DNA of 64,000 nucleotides from a virus. Of the stretch, positions 55,360 through 63,517 are shown one piece after another. The translations under genes and the position numbers were made by a program. The stretch is from IMG/VR virus record IMGVR_UViG_3300036466_000273, positions 22,108 through 86,107 of that record; one strand, 5' to 3'. The notes beneath the pieces are model-generated. The model was not told the DNA's origin. It worked only from the letters and a program-made list of their open reading frames with translations, and searched no databases. Numbering within the stretch: position 1 is the stretch's first letter; each line of letters begins with the position of its first letter.

Positions 55360-56424
55360 TTATGCTCCTAAAAATAAGGGTTGAGATGGTTGCCAACACT
55401 CACCGTTATACTCAATTGCTAAGGCTTTATCTGGGATATAGATATCTAATTCTTTAGGCTTTAAAATAGTCCTGTCAGAAGTTTTAATTTCTCCAGAATA
55501 ATGCTCTTTTATAAATTCTAATACTTCTAGTTCACCAGAGGAAATAGAGTTTGATTCATACTCTAAACCTGCCGCTTCTAAAGCATTGGCCCAGCTCCCA
55601 AAATGCCTTTCAAAGGTGGATGGAGTGAATATTTTATTGTCTTGGTTATTTCTATTCCAATCTAATAAATCTTTGCGAGTAGGTGTTTTACCTAATTCAT
55701 TAGCAAAATCTTTAAGTTTTTTGAGTAAGATATTACTATCTGTTTTTGGTACCGTGGGTTTTCTATTAACCTTGTACTCTAGCCCAGCGGCTTCTAAAGC
55801 CTTAATAAAGCTTCCAAATTTTTTTGTTAGTGTAGTAACGGCTGGGGTTAGATAAGATTCATTACACTCTATTTGGGTAGGAGCTCTATTAAGTTGCTTA
55901 CCTAGAGCTGCTAGGCCTTCTAATGGGTCGCCCCTAAATACTTTATTACCTTTAGTAATTCCTGCTAAAGCACGGGCTTTATCTATAGAACCAAAACGTT
56001 TAGTATAAGTAACATAATTAGAGATAAAAGTACAATTTCTAATATCTCTATTAGAGGGTGGTTTTCCGATTTGAGAATATAACTTATATAAATCTTCTAA
56101 TAACTCTTCATCAGTCTTAGTATTAGTTAAGCTATTAAACCCAGCAGCTTCTTTAGCTTTTACCCATGTGCCAAATAACTTTCTACACGCCTTAGTATTT
56201 ACCCCTAGCTTATGTGCCTCAGTTTCACTAACATTTCCAATTTCTTTAATTTTAGATAGATGATATTCTTTTAAGATATCGTCTAAAGGGACTTTATTAA
56301 CCGCATTAGTCCAGTTTCCGTATTCTTTTCTTGCAGCTTTAATTAGCTCTTTACTGGCATCCTTCTGTGTGGGGCGTTTACCTAGCACTACAACTAAATC
56401 TGAAATCTCTTTAATTACGTTCAT
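55360..56424 (-). CDS. N-terminal part of a homing endonuclease-like protein (about 5 DNA-binding repeats), truncated
   Basis: Repeats L.....G..P.......Y...FG.W..A..AAG; S.GE.E...FI...ELDIYIPD..LAIEYNG then a break. Confidence 0.85.
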   Translation of the reverse strand: MNVIKEISDLVVVLGKRPTQKDASKELIKAARKEYGNWTNAVNKVPLDDILKEYHLSKIKEIGNVSETEAHKLGVNTKACRKLFGTWVKAKEAAGFNSLTNTKTDEELLEDLYKLYSQIGKPPSNRDIRNCTFISNYVTYTKRFGSIDKARALAGITKGNKVFRGDPLEGLAALGKQLNRAPTQIECNESYLTPAVTTLTKKFGSFIKALEAAGLEYKVNRKPTVPKTDSNILLKKLKDFANELGKTPTRKDLLDWNRNNQDNKIFTPSTFERHFGSWANALEAAGLEYESNSISSGELEVLEFIKEHYSGEIKTSDRTILKPKELDIYIPDKALAIEYNGECWQPSQPLFLGA

Positions 56425-56447
56425 TTATTACCTCCTTTTTGACTACC

Positions 56448-56476
56448 ATTATATAATAACTCAGTCAAAAAGTCAA
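56448..56476 (-). promoter_or_regulatory. sigma70 promoter of the endonuclease-like gene
   Basis: TTGACT-17-TATAAT on the minus strand; SD GGAGG downstream. Confidence 0.85.
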
Positions 56477-56522
56477 GTCTTATTTTTCAGTCTCTAAACT
56501 GTAATTATCAGAACCCTGAATA

Positions 56523-57830
56523 TCAGAACACACCTACGCCCGAAGTGGCGTAACTGTAGAGTGCGTATCTAATGGCATCCGCCATATGCGAAGCATCATT
56601 ATGTACAGGTTTTTCTTTAGTCAATCCAGGCCTAGCATCCCAACCATACTGGTCAATTGATTCTAAGCTATGTAGACAATCTGCATCAACTAACAAGCGA
56701 CCAGTGTCAATAATACTACCAACATGAGCAATACCATCTAATATCGATTTCTTTGCATTAGTACAGCTAATATCATAAAGTTGCGCAAGGTCAAACTTCG
56801 TTTGAGCTGCCGCAGAGTCTATGTAGACAAAATCAACATCCCATTTATCTAGTATTTCTCTTATACATTTTGCATGATCTGCAGTCGTTTTCTCAGCTGC
56901 TTTATACTCGTCTATTAGATAGTAAAGGTCAGCAGTATCATCATAAGCAAATACAGCTAAAGCTGTGGAATCCTTAAATCCAACATCTAGCCCAGCGATC
57001 TTATCCATACCACTAAAATCTACATCAAGCGAAGAACAGTTAACAATATTATCATCTGATAATTGCCATATCTGGCCTTCAAAAGTAGTAAAACTAGCAA
57101 GGTACTCTTGCTCGAATTCCTGTTTAGACATTGTAGCGCGTGCTTCTGCGATATCTTCCTCTGATACTCGCGGATTTTCGCGATAATCAGAATGGATGGA
57201 TACCCAAGCAGGGTATTCAGAACTAAAACCACGTTGGAAGAACTTACTAAACCAGTTATTTTTACCACGAGGAGTGGAAATAAATATAGCTTTTGAATTC
57301 TCTTTATCTAGTGTCGGGCGCAACGCGATATTGAAGGCATCTTCGCCAGCATTAGTTAAGGCAGCCTCATCAAACAGTATCAAATCATATGATCTACCAA
57401 CACAACTATCAACCTGTGAAATAGAACCCATTCTAACAGAAGAACCATTCGATAAAGTAATAACCCTATCCTTAACGTTATTCTTAGCTACCTCCAAATC
57501 AAATTGATTTATCAACGATCGTTGTAATTCAAAAGAAATCTGAGATAAGCTATAGTTAGGGGACATTATTAGCACAGATGCATTTGGTATTAATGCTACA
57601 CACTGAGCTATAACATTCGCTATAAATGTCTTACCTGTTCGACGAGATAATGCTGCACAAACAAAACGATACTTAGGGTTGTTAATTGCATTAATTGTAG
57701 CAATCTGGGGAGGAATAGGATCAATCCCCATTAATTCTAAATATCCATCGATAGGAACTCGCATATAGCTACGAGAGCCATAATCAATTATCCTATCTAT
57801 TATTACATCTTCTCTACTTACTGAAAGCAT
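56523..57830 (-). CDS. terL: Terminase large subunit (T5-like)
   Basis: SRRTGKT, VGRSYDLI.FDEAA, FISTPRG, F.QEY.A.F, GLDVG, SH.ADA.RY. Confidence 0.96.
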   Translation of the reverse strand: MLSVSREDVIIDRIIDYGSRSYMRVPIDGYLELMGIDPIPPQIATINAINNPKYRFVCAALSRRTGKTFIANVIAQCVALIPNASVLIMSPNYSLSQISFELQRSLINQFDLEVAKNNVKDRVITLSNGSSVRMGSISQVDSCVGRSYDLILFDEAALTNAGEDAFNIALRPTLDKENSKAIFISTPRGKNNWFSKFFQRGFSSEYPAWVSIHSDYRENPRVSEEDIAEARATMSKQEFEQEYLASFTTFEGQIWQLSDDNIVNCSSLDVDFSGMDKIAGLDVGFKDSTALAVFAYDDTADLYYLIDEYKAAEKTTADHAKCIREILDKWDVDFVYIDSAAAQTKFDLAQLYDISCTNAKKSILDGIAHVGSIIDTGRLLVDADCLHSLESIDQYGWDARPGLTKEKPVHNDASHMADAIRYALYSYATSGVGVF

Positions 57831-58109
57831 TTATCTCATCTCCAAAAGAATTACTATACCACTACCAACTACAGCAGATACTACAATCCAAAACAGTTTA
57901 ATAAATCCACTAATCTTTAAAAAGTTATCATTTGACTGTTTCTCTACAGTAGCTAAACGTGCTAATACTTCTTTACAATGATTTTCTAAAAATGCTACCC
58001 TTTCATCTAATCTAGCAACATTATATAAATACTCAGTCAAGGCATCTAGCTTAGCTTCTATTCTATCCAATCTTCCTGGGTCGGTTCCTCGTCGTAAGTC
58101 ATCTGACAT
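57831..58109 (-). CDS. Coiled-coil protein with C-terminal TM (holin/XhlA-like topology)
   Basis: RLDRIE.KLD.L...ARL.ER..; hydrophobic C-terminus; SD GAGGAGG. Confidence 0.65.
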   Translation of the reverse strand: MSDDLRRGTDPGRLDRIEAKLDALTEYLYNVARLDERVAFLENHCKEVLARLATVEKQSNDNFLKISGFIKLFWIVVSAVVGSGIVILLEMR

Positions 58110-58222
58110 TCTTCCTCCTCTACTCCGACGTATTCTTCGGCCTCAGCTAAAGAATTAAATTTTATCCAACGTCCATTTTCATATATGCAGTAGCGTCCGC
58201 GCTTTTCTAAAATTTCTGTCAT
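58058..58222 (-). CDS. Small acidic protein (54 aa)
   Basis: MTEILEKRGRYC...EDWIE; ATGA overlap with terS, SD AGGAGG. Confidence 0.6.
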   Translation of the reverse strand: MTEILEKRGRYCIYENGRWIKFNSLAEAEEYVGVEEEECQMTYDEEPTQEDWIE

Positions 58223-58656
58223 TCTTTATTTCCTCCTAATAACTTATCCATCAACTTTCCGTAATTACCGCCATTAATCTGCACGTTGGTTTGATTTGCG
58301 ATGGATTGACTCTGTGCCTTCTGTTGAGCTGCTATTTCGTCCATTCTCATTTTATGGGCTAGAGCGAGGATATCCATCAAATCTTTCGAAGAGTAGACTT
58401 CACTTTCGCGAGCTTCTTCTAATTTAGAATCGATGATTTCATCTATTAAACCGCCCAGCTTAAATCTATTGCGATACCCACGATCCATATAAACGGAATT
58501 AATATAGTTCTTTACCTCAGCTTTGTCTAGTAGCGCAGCAGCCTTCTCTACTGACACACCCATCTCATAAGCTGCGGCATCAATTGAACCTAGGCTTAGA
58601 TAGGCATTTGCCAGCTCCAGTCCCTCCGGGGATATTTTAAGTGCATTAGTGTCCAT
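58219..58656 (-). CDS. terS: Terminase small subunit (T5-like)
   Basis: ISPEGL..AN.YL, EVK.YI..V..D.G.RNR, KLEE..E....S.KD, QTNVQIN..NY..LM. Confidence 0.9.
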   Translation of the reverse strand: MDTNALKISPEGLELANAYLSLGSIDAAAYEMGVSVEKAAALLDKAEVKNYINSVYMDRGYRNRFKLGGLIDEIIDSKLEEARESEVYSSKDLMDILALAHKMRMDEIAAQQKAQSQSIANQTNVQINGGNYGKLMDKLLGGNKE

Positions 58657-58663
58657 ATGTTAT

Positions 58664-58692
58664 ATGTTACTATCATGGGGGCGATGTGTCAA
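58664..58692 (-). promoter_or_regulatory. sigma70-type promoter giving a probably leaderless terS mRNA
   Basis: TTGACA-17-TAACAT; ATG lies 7 nt downstream, no SD. Confidence 0.6.
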
Positions 58693-58777
58693 GGATAAAA
58701 AATTTAATAGGTATTTGAAATTTTTGAAAATTTTTTCGAAGCGTGGGTAGATTCGCCGAATTAGTAGTCTCTTAATC

Positions 58778-58922
58778 AACATTAGCCAATTGCCGCGAAG
58801 TTAGTCGTATACCAATTACTGCCAAACAATAGCCATATGCCGCGAAGTTAGTTATATACCAATTACTTCCAAACATTAGCCATATGATAATTACTGCCAA
58901 ACATTAGCCAATTGCCGCGAAG
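58778..58922. repeat. Shuffled direct repeats
   Basis: GCCGCGAAG x3, AATTACTKCCAAACAWTAGCCA x3, AACAWTAGCCA x4. Confidence 0.85.
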
Positions 58923-59106
58923 CGGCGTATCTGCTGCATTTTGGCGTCTAAATGGACTTGAAAATACCTTGTGGGCCGCGTGTGGGGGAGTGTACGTTAA
59001 AAATTTTAATGAAAGTCTACTAACCGCCCTACATTAGTCTGTTTTAATCTTGGGTTGGTCAACATTAGAATCCTCTAAGGTTTGTTACCAACATTAAAAA
59101 TTTTTA

Positions 59107-59139
59107 TTAAGCCCGCTCCAGGATTAGAGCGGGCTTAAC
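59107..59139 (-). terminator. Hairpin closing the leftward pre-early unit
   Basis: TTAAGCCCGCTC-N7-GAGCGGGCTTAA. Confidence 0.7.
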
Positions 59140-59152
59140 TTTGGTTGCTAGG

Positions 59153-59371
59153 TTAGGATTGCTCCACGGTTTCGGTTATTGCCTTTTTGTTGAATATCCT
59201 ACGCCATACATACGACCGAATCAAACTAACAACGGTATAAATGGCAGTTATAGTTATTGGGGATAAAACATTCAAAACGGGATAAAGCGCATTAGTTACA
59301 ATTAAACTAACGATAAACCCGCTTGCGGTGTTTAATGATACCTCTTGAATACTTTTTGATTTGCTTTGCAT
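59153..59371 (-). CDS. Small two-TM phage membrane protein
   Basis: MQSK..S..E...NTA.GF.VS...YT.VS..RSY..RR.FN motif. Confidence 0.75.
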   Translation of the reverse strand: MQSKSKSIQEVSLNTASGFIVSLIVTNALYPVLNVLSPITITAIYTVVSLIRSYVWRRIFNKKAITETVEQS

Positions 59372-59439
59372 GGTTTTAACCTTCCCGCCTTGCCCTTGCG
59401 TGGTAAACTCACACTACAAGGGCAAGGCTTAAAATTTGT

Positions 59440-60144
59440 TTACACGTTGAAATTATCGCGAACCTGCGCTAAACGCCAATTATATGGAGGAACTTCTTGC
59501 AATTGCTTAACGCTTTTACGTTTAAGCAGGTGTTGCAATATGGGTAACTCATGCAATACCACGTCCTCATAAGCGGTATGAGGCTCCACATCATATTGCC
59601 CTGAGATAAACGCTGAAACGGTTTCAGCGTTTACTTTATACGTCATATTCCCGCGCTCGGTAGGCGCGTTAAATAGGTGATTATCTAGCACAAAGCGCTT
59701 ATATGCTTTTGACTGTCCTATGGCATTAAACGCGCAATGCCATAAGCAGAATTTACGGGTAAACATGGTTAAATCAATCCCCGTTTTGCTACACTTGTCA
59801 AGGTCAAATGCCAGATTGTACGCCGTTAAAACCGGCTTAAATTGGCTATAAGCCTTTAACAGCCATGAATTTATCGCTGGCACGCTTGCCAGCATTCTCA
59901 TACCATCTGCCAGCATTTCCTTGTATTTTGTTTCCCTTTGGTCTGCGGCTTTTGCAGACCAAAGGGCATCCTCTTGTGCGTTGGAATCAAAAAATAGAGG
60001 TTCTTTACCAAATATACCAGATACCAGAACAGCGCACTGTGCGACAATATTTCCTTTTTTATCACACACTATTGCCCCAAAGTCTGCAACATTCTGCGCT
60101 TGCGTGGTCTCGGTATCAATCAATAAAAAATAGTTTTTTCTCAT
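59440..60144 (-). CDS. DEDDh 3'-5' exonuclease
   Basis: IDTET, AYN..FD, HTA.ED. Confidence 0.85.
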   Translation of the reverse strand: MRKNYFLLIDTETTQAQNVADFGAIVCDKKGNIVAQCAVLVSGIFGKEPLFFDSNAQEDALWSAKAADQRETKYKEMLADGMRMLASVPAINSWLLKAYSQFKPVLTAYNLAFDLDKCSKTGIDLTMFTRKFCLWHCAFNAIGQSKAYKRFVLDNHLFNAPTERGNMTYKVNAETVSAFISGQYDVEPHTAYEDVVLHELPILQHLLKRKSVKQLQEVPPYNWRLAQVRDNFNV

Positions 60145-60152
60145 AATAGCCC

Positions 60153-60221
60153 CTATAATAAAAACGGTAAAACATATAAGGGGCTGAAAATAGCCACTAA
60201 AATTAAAAACTCTTTAAACAT
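60153..60221 (-). CDS. Possible 22-aa hydrophobic peptide
   Basis: SD AAGGGG; MFKEFLILVAIFSPLYVLPFLL. Confidence 0.45.
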   Translation of the reverse strand: MFKEFLILVAIFSPLYVLPFLL

Positions 60222-60278
60222 AGCTTGCCCCTTTCAGAATAAGCCCGCCTGCTAACATAACAGGCGGGCGCGTTGTGG

Positions 60279-60578
60279 TTAATCCTCGAGGGAATCAACC
60301 ATCTTTTGTAAAACATCCTTGCTCGCTTTTTCAAGCCCTGCAAGGTCGCCTTCCATAAAACCTAACCCCTTTTCGATAAGGGGTACAAGGTCAGTCTTTC
60401 TCAAGACGGGTGCCCCAGACTTGCTTACCCGCTTTTTGCGCTCATACTCGATGCCATTTCGTGTAGCACTTGCCACAATAGCACGAGGTTTAACATTAAA
60501 TTTCTCGGCTATTTCCTGTGCCTTAGTCCAGTTGAGAGGGGCATTTTCCTTCATAACTTCCAGAATTTCGTTTTTCAT
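60279..60578 (-). CDS. A2-like DNA-binding protein (copy 1)
   Basis: EIAEKF...PR..V......Y......G....RK..LV..I......L.GLEK pattern resembling T5 A2; pre-early position. Confidence 0.7.
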   Translation of the reverse strand: MKNEILEVMKENAPLNWTKAQEIAEKFNVKPRAIVASATRNGIEYERKKRVSKSGAPVLRKTDLVPLIEKGLGFMEGDLAGLEKASKDVLQKMVDSLED

Positions 60579-60757
60579 GGTTTGACTCCCTTAGTCAAAG
60601 GTTAAAAGAAACTAACGTTTATTATGCCTAGCTCGCGGCATGTTTCCAGCGGGCGCCACCTCATACTATCGCGCATGATTAGGCGTTTTTCCCGTGGTGC
60701 GGGTTGCTAGGCTATTCTGTTTTCAAGGAACGTTATCGTTATGTTTAACTTGACTAC

Positions 60758-60786
60758 AGACTAACAAAACGCCTTGAACCTGTCAA
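60758..60786 (-). promoter_or_regulatory. sigma70 promoter of the leftward pre-early unit
   Basis: TTGACA-17-TAGTCT with TGn extended -10. Confidence 0.7.
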
Positions 60787-60797
60787 AAATACAAAAC

Positions 60798-61020
60798 TCA
60801 ATAATATCAGGTACTTAGAAAAACCACCCTCAATGATTTCAGGTACTTACAAGAAAAAAGCATGAAAAAATATTTTTTGCATTTTTTCTTTTATCCCGAA
60901 AAACTCAATAAAAACAGCTACTTACAAGCGACCTCCTGAGAGGCGTTCTAAGACACTTTTATCAACTAAGGTATGCAATAGTATAGGCAAAAATAAATAT
61001 TCAAGGATTCCAGGCACTTA
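60798..61020 (+). promoter_or_regulatory. Four 20-bp IHF-type boxes
   Basis: TCAA-N6-CAG-N2-ACTTA at 60798, 60830, 60905, 61001; the first contains an exact WATCARNNNNTTR. Confidence 0.7.
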
Positions 61021-61093
61021 TAAATGTTGGCACGGAAATTGTCGTGACTTACAGCTAAAAATAGAACGTTGGTATAATTTAATAAAGCGATTT

Positions 61094-61192
61094 TAACATT
61101 AGAAAATTTTTATAAGCCAGGTGTAACATTAAAATAAATTTATTTTCCTGGGCTAACATTAGAAAAATTTTTATAAGCCAGGTGTAACATTA
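61094..61192 (+). repeat. Two ~38-bp direct repeats giving four TAACATTA boxes
   Basis: TAACATTAGAAAA(A)TTTTTATAAGCCAGGTGTAACATTA x2; boxes at 61094, 61124, 61154, 61185. Confidence 0.9.
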
Positions 61193-61359
61193 GAAAAAAT
61201 TAATTAAAATCCTTTCATTTAAATCATGCGCCGCTTCATTAAAATGCGTTTATTTATTAAATTTTTCATGAACCTATTTTAATAAACAAAAGCTAATTTT
61301 GCGCCGATTACCCTAATGAGAGAATTTTAATAAATTAGCCGTTCATTAGCGTGGGCTTA

Positions 61360-61417
61360 TGGCATGAAATTTGCTATTGCTAGAATCGTGCCAGGTTGGG
61401 TTGGCATGGTATTTGCA
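61360..61417. promoter_or_regulatory. Cluster of three sigma54 -24/-12 elements
   Basis: TGGCATGAAATTTGCT (+61360), TGGCACGATTCTAGCA (-61393), TGGCATGGTATTTGCA (+61402); all GG-N10-GC. Confidence 0.7.
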
Positions 61418-61765
61418 TAAAAATAGTTTTAATAAACGGATTCTAATTCATTAAAGCACTCTAATTCATTAAAGCTTTTTAATTAGGGTCGACGCCTCCG
61501 GCGCCTAAGTGGTAAAGTGATAAAATTATAATAAGTGCCGCGCCAGTGCTAAAGTGAAGAAATTATAATGTATGCCGCAGCCCCGCGCCAGTGCAGAACC
61601 TAAGTGCAAAACATATACCTTGCGCCGAGCCCCACATTAGAAATTTTTAATGTTACCTGTCTGCGAGAACCTCCGGATTAAAATGTTTTAATTTCTTCAG
61701 ATAAGATTAAATATCTCTAATTAAGTACAACTAAGATTAAAATTCACCAAAGAAGCCGATTTTCC

Positions 61766-61794
61766 TTGACTTTTCGACTCCGCCACGGTATAAT
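61766..61794 (+). promoter_or_regulatory. sigma70 promoter
   Basis: TTGACT-17-TATAAT. Confidence 0.88.
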
Positions 61795-61827
61795 GTATTT
61801 ATAAACAATGAGGGAAGGAGAGAAATT

Positions 61828-61995
61828 ATGAAAGAATCTTACGTTGACTTTCTTATTCGTAAATTAGACGACCTTAACACTCCCCAGGACATGGCTGATT
61901 ATTACCTGGATGAAATTTTCGACCTAGCTCTAGAAACTAATGAGAAGGCTGTTAAGTGGCTATTCGGAACTTCTACCTACGTACCGAAAAGATAA
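61828..61995 (+). CDS. Small acidic protein (55 aa)
   Basis: SD AAGGAG; MKESYVDFLIRK...YVPKR. Confidence 0.7.
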   Translation: MKESYVDFLIRKLDDLNTPQDMADYYLDEIFDLALETNEKAVKWLFGTSTYVPKR

Positions 61996-62008
61996 CCGAA
62001 AAAAGTTC

Positions 62009-62037
62009 TTGACTTTTCGACTCCACCGCGGTATAAT
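62009..62037 (+). promoter_or_regulatory. sigma70 promoter
   Basis: TTGACT-17-TATAAT, identical to the 62277 copy. Confidence 0.88.
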
Positions 62038-62068
62038 ATATTTATAAACAATGAAAAAAGGAGGTTAT

Positions 62069-62263
62069 ATGACCGGATTAGATGTATTAGAATTTGCAAT
62101 GAATAATAAACTGGATGCAGAGTTAGTATTTGATACAAAGAATAACACTGTCAATTTCATTCGATTTGAAAATTTTGAGACAGATACTATTGACAAAACC
62201 AATAATGAGATAATTGAAATACTAAACGCTTTTAAAACCCTCCAAGACCACAATGTTATTTAA
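62069..62263 (+). CDS. Hypothetical protein
   Basis: SD AGGAGG before ATG 62069. Confidence 0.7.
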   Translation: MTGLDVLEFAMNNKLDAELVFDTKNNTVNFIRFENFETDTIDKTNNEIIEILNAFKTLQDHNVI

Positions 62264-62276
62264 TAGAAAAAAGTTC

Positions 62277-62305
62277 TTGACTTTTCGACTCCACCGCGGT
62301 ATAAT
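62277..62305 (+). promoter_or_regulatory. sigma70 promoter
   Basis: TTGACT-17-TATAAT. Confidence 0.88.
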
Positions 62306-62359
62306 GTATTTATAAACGATGGGAGAAGCCCACAAACCCTGAGCCAAGGAGGTTCCACT

Positions 62360-62659
62360 ATGAAAAACGAAATCATCGAAACTATGCGCGCAGAAGCCCC
62401 TCTCAACTGGAGTAAAGCCCAGGAGATTGCTGAGAAGTTTGACATTAAGCCTCGTGCTGTAGTCGCCTCTGCAACTCGAAACGGCATCGAGTACGAGAAG
62501 AAGAAGCGTGTCTCAAAGTCCGGTGCTCCGATTGTTCGCAAAACTGACCTCGTAGCTAAGCTGGAAAGTCTTACCGGCGAGAAACTGGAAGGTCTGGAGA
62601 AATCCAGCAAGGAGCCTCTGGAGACTATGCTCAACTACATCGAGTCTCTGCAGAGCTAG
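62360..62659 (+). CDS. A2-like DNA-binding protein (copy 2)
   Basis: Close paralogue of 60279..60578, same length (99 aa); SD AAGGAGG. Confidence 0.75.
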   Translation: MKNEIIETMRAEAPLNWSKAQEIAEKFDIKPRAVVASATRNGIEYEKKKRVSKSGAPIVRKTDLVAKLESLTGEKLEGLEKSSKEPLETMLNYIESLQS

Positions 62660-62743
62660 TCTCCCAGAGCTAGTTTCCCCATTTCCCCGCCGAAAGCGGG
62701 GATTTGGGGCATCTATTGAATACTAATCAGAGGGTGGGAATTT

Positions 62744-63517
62744 ATGGAAACATACCAAGCAAAATGTATGAATGAAGCACAAAAAGGAAATTCTATGACC
62801 GAACTAGAGTACTACAAAACACGTGAGAAAACGCTTGAAAAAGAACTTAACGAAGCTAATGATGAAATCAATAGACTTAATTTTCTCGTTGCTCAGGAGA
62901 GTGATAAAGCTAATTTGGATAAAGCTAATTTGGAACACAGACTTAAAAACCAATTAGCTGAAATTCTTCATCTTTCTGATATTAACCAGGAACAGCAGGA
63001 TGAAATTGATAGATTGCATGAAGAAATTCAAGAATTCTCAACACACGTAAGTTTTCTTCAAGATGCTTCTGAACGAGAATCCGATTGCTATATTCAGCAG
63101 ATTAGTTCCCTCCAAAAAGAACTTAGCGACCTCAGTAAAAACTATAATATTTTACAATCTCGATACGGTAAGCAACCCATAACCCTACAAGAAGAAGTTG
63201 AAAAGTTGAAAACGGAATGCGAAAAACTGCGCAAAGGCTACAAAGAGATGCGAAGTCTGCAATTTGATACAGCTTGTGGCTATGAGAAGCAAAAGTTGAA
63301 AATTGAAGAACTAACTCGCCTGCTTGATGAAAAAGACGATATTATTTTTGATAAAACTCAAGAGTGCCGGCTTCTTCGACTTGCCGCCGAACATGCGGCA
63401 GCAAAAACTGCGGAATATGAAGCGCATGGCTTGAGTGGTGAATCTAAGGATAAAATCATTAAAAGTCTGCAGAAGATGTTCGACGAAATGAAAGAAATTG
63501 AAAAGGAGATTCTCTAA
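62744..63517 (+). CDS. Long coiled-coil protein
   Basis: E/K/L-rich heptads; internal DKANL duplication. Confidence 0.75.
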   Translation: METYQAKCMNEAQKGNSMTELEYYKTREKTLEKELNEANDEINRLNFLVAQESDKANLDKANLEHRLKNQLAEILHLSDINQEQQDEIDRLHEEIQEFSTHVSFLQDASERESDCYIQQISSLQKELSDLSKNYNILQSRYGKQPITLQEEVEKLKTECEKLRKGYKEMRSLQFDTACGYEKQKLKIEELTRLLDEKDDIIFDKTQECRLLRLAAEHAAAKTAEYEAHGLSGESKDKIIKSLQKMFDEMKEIEKEIL

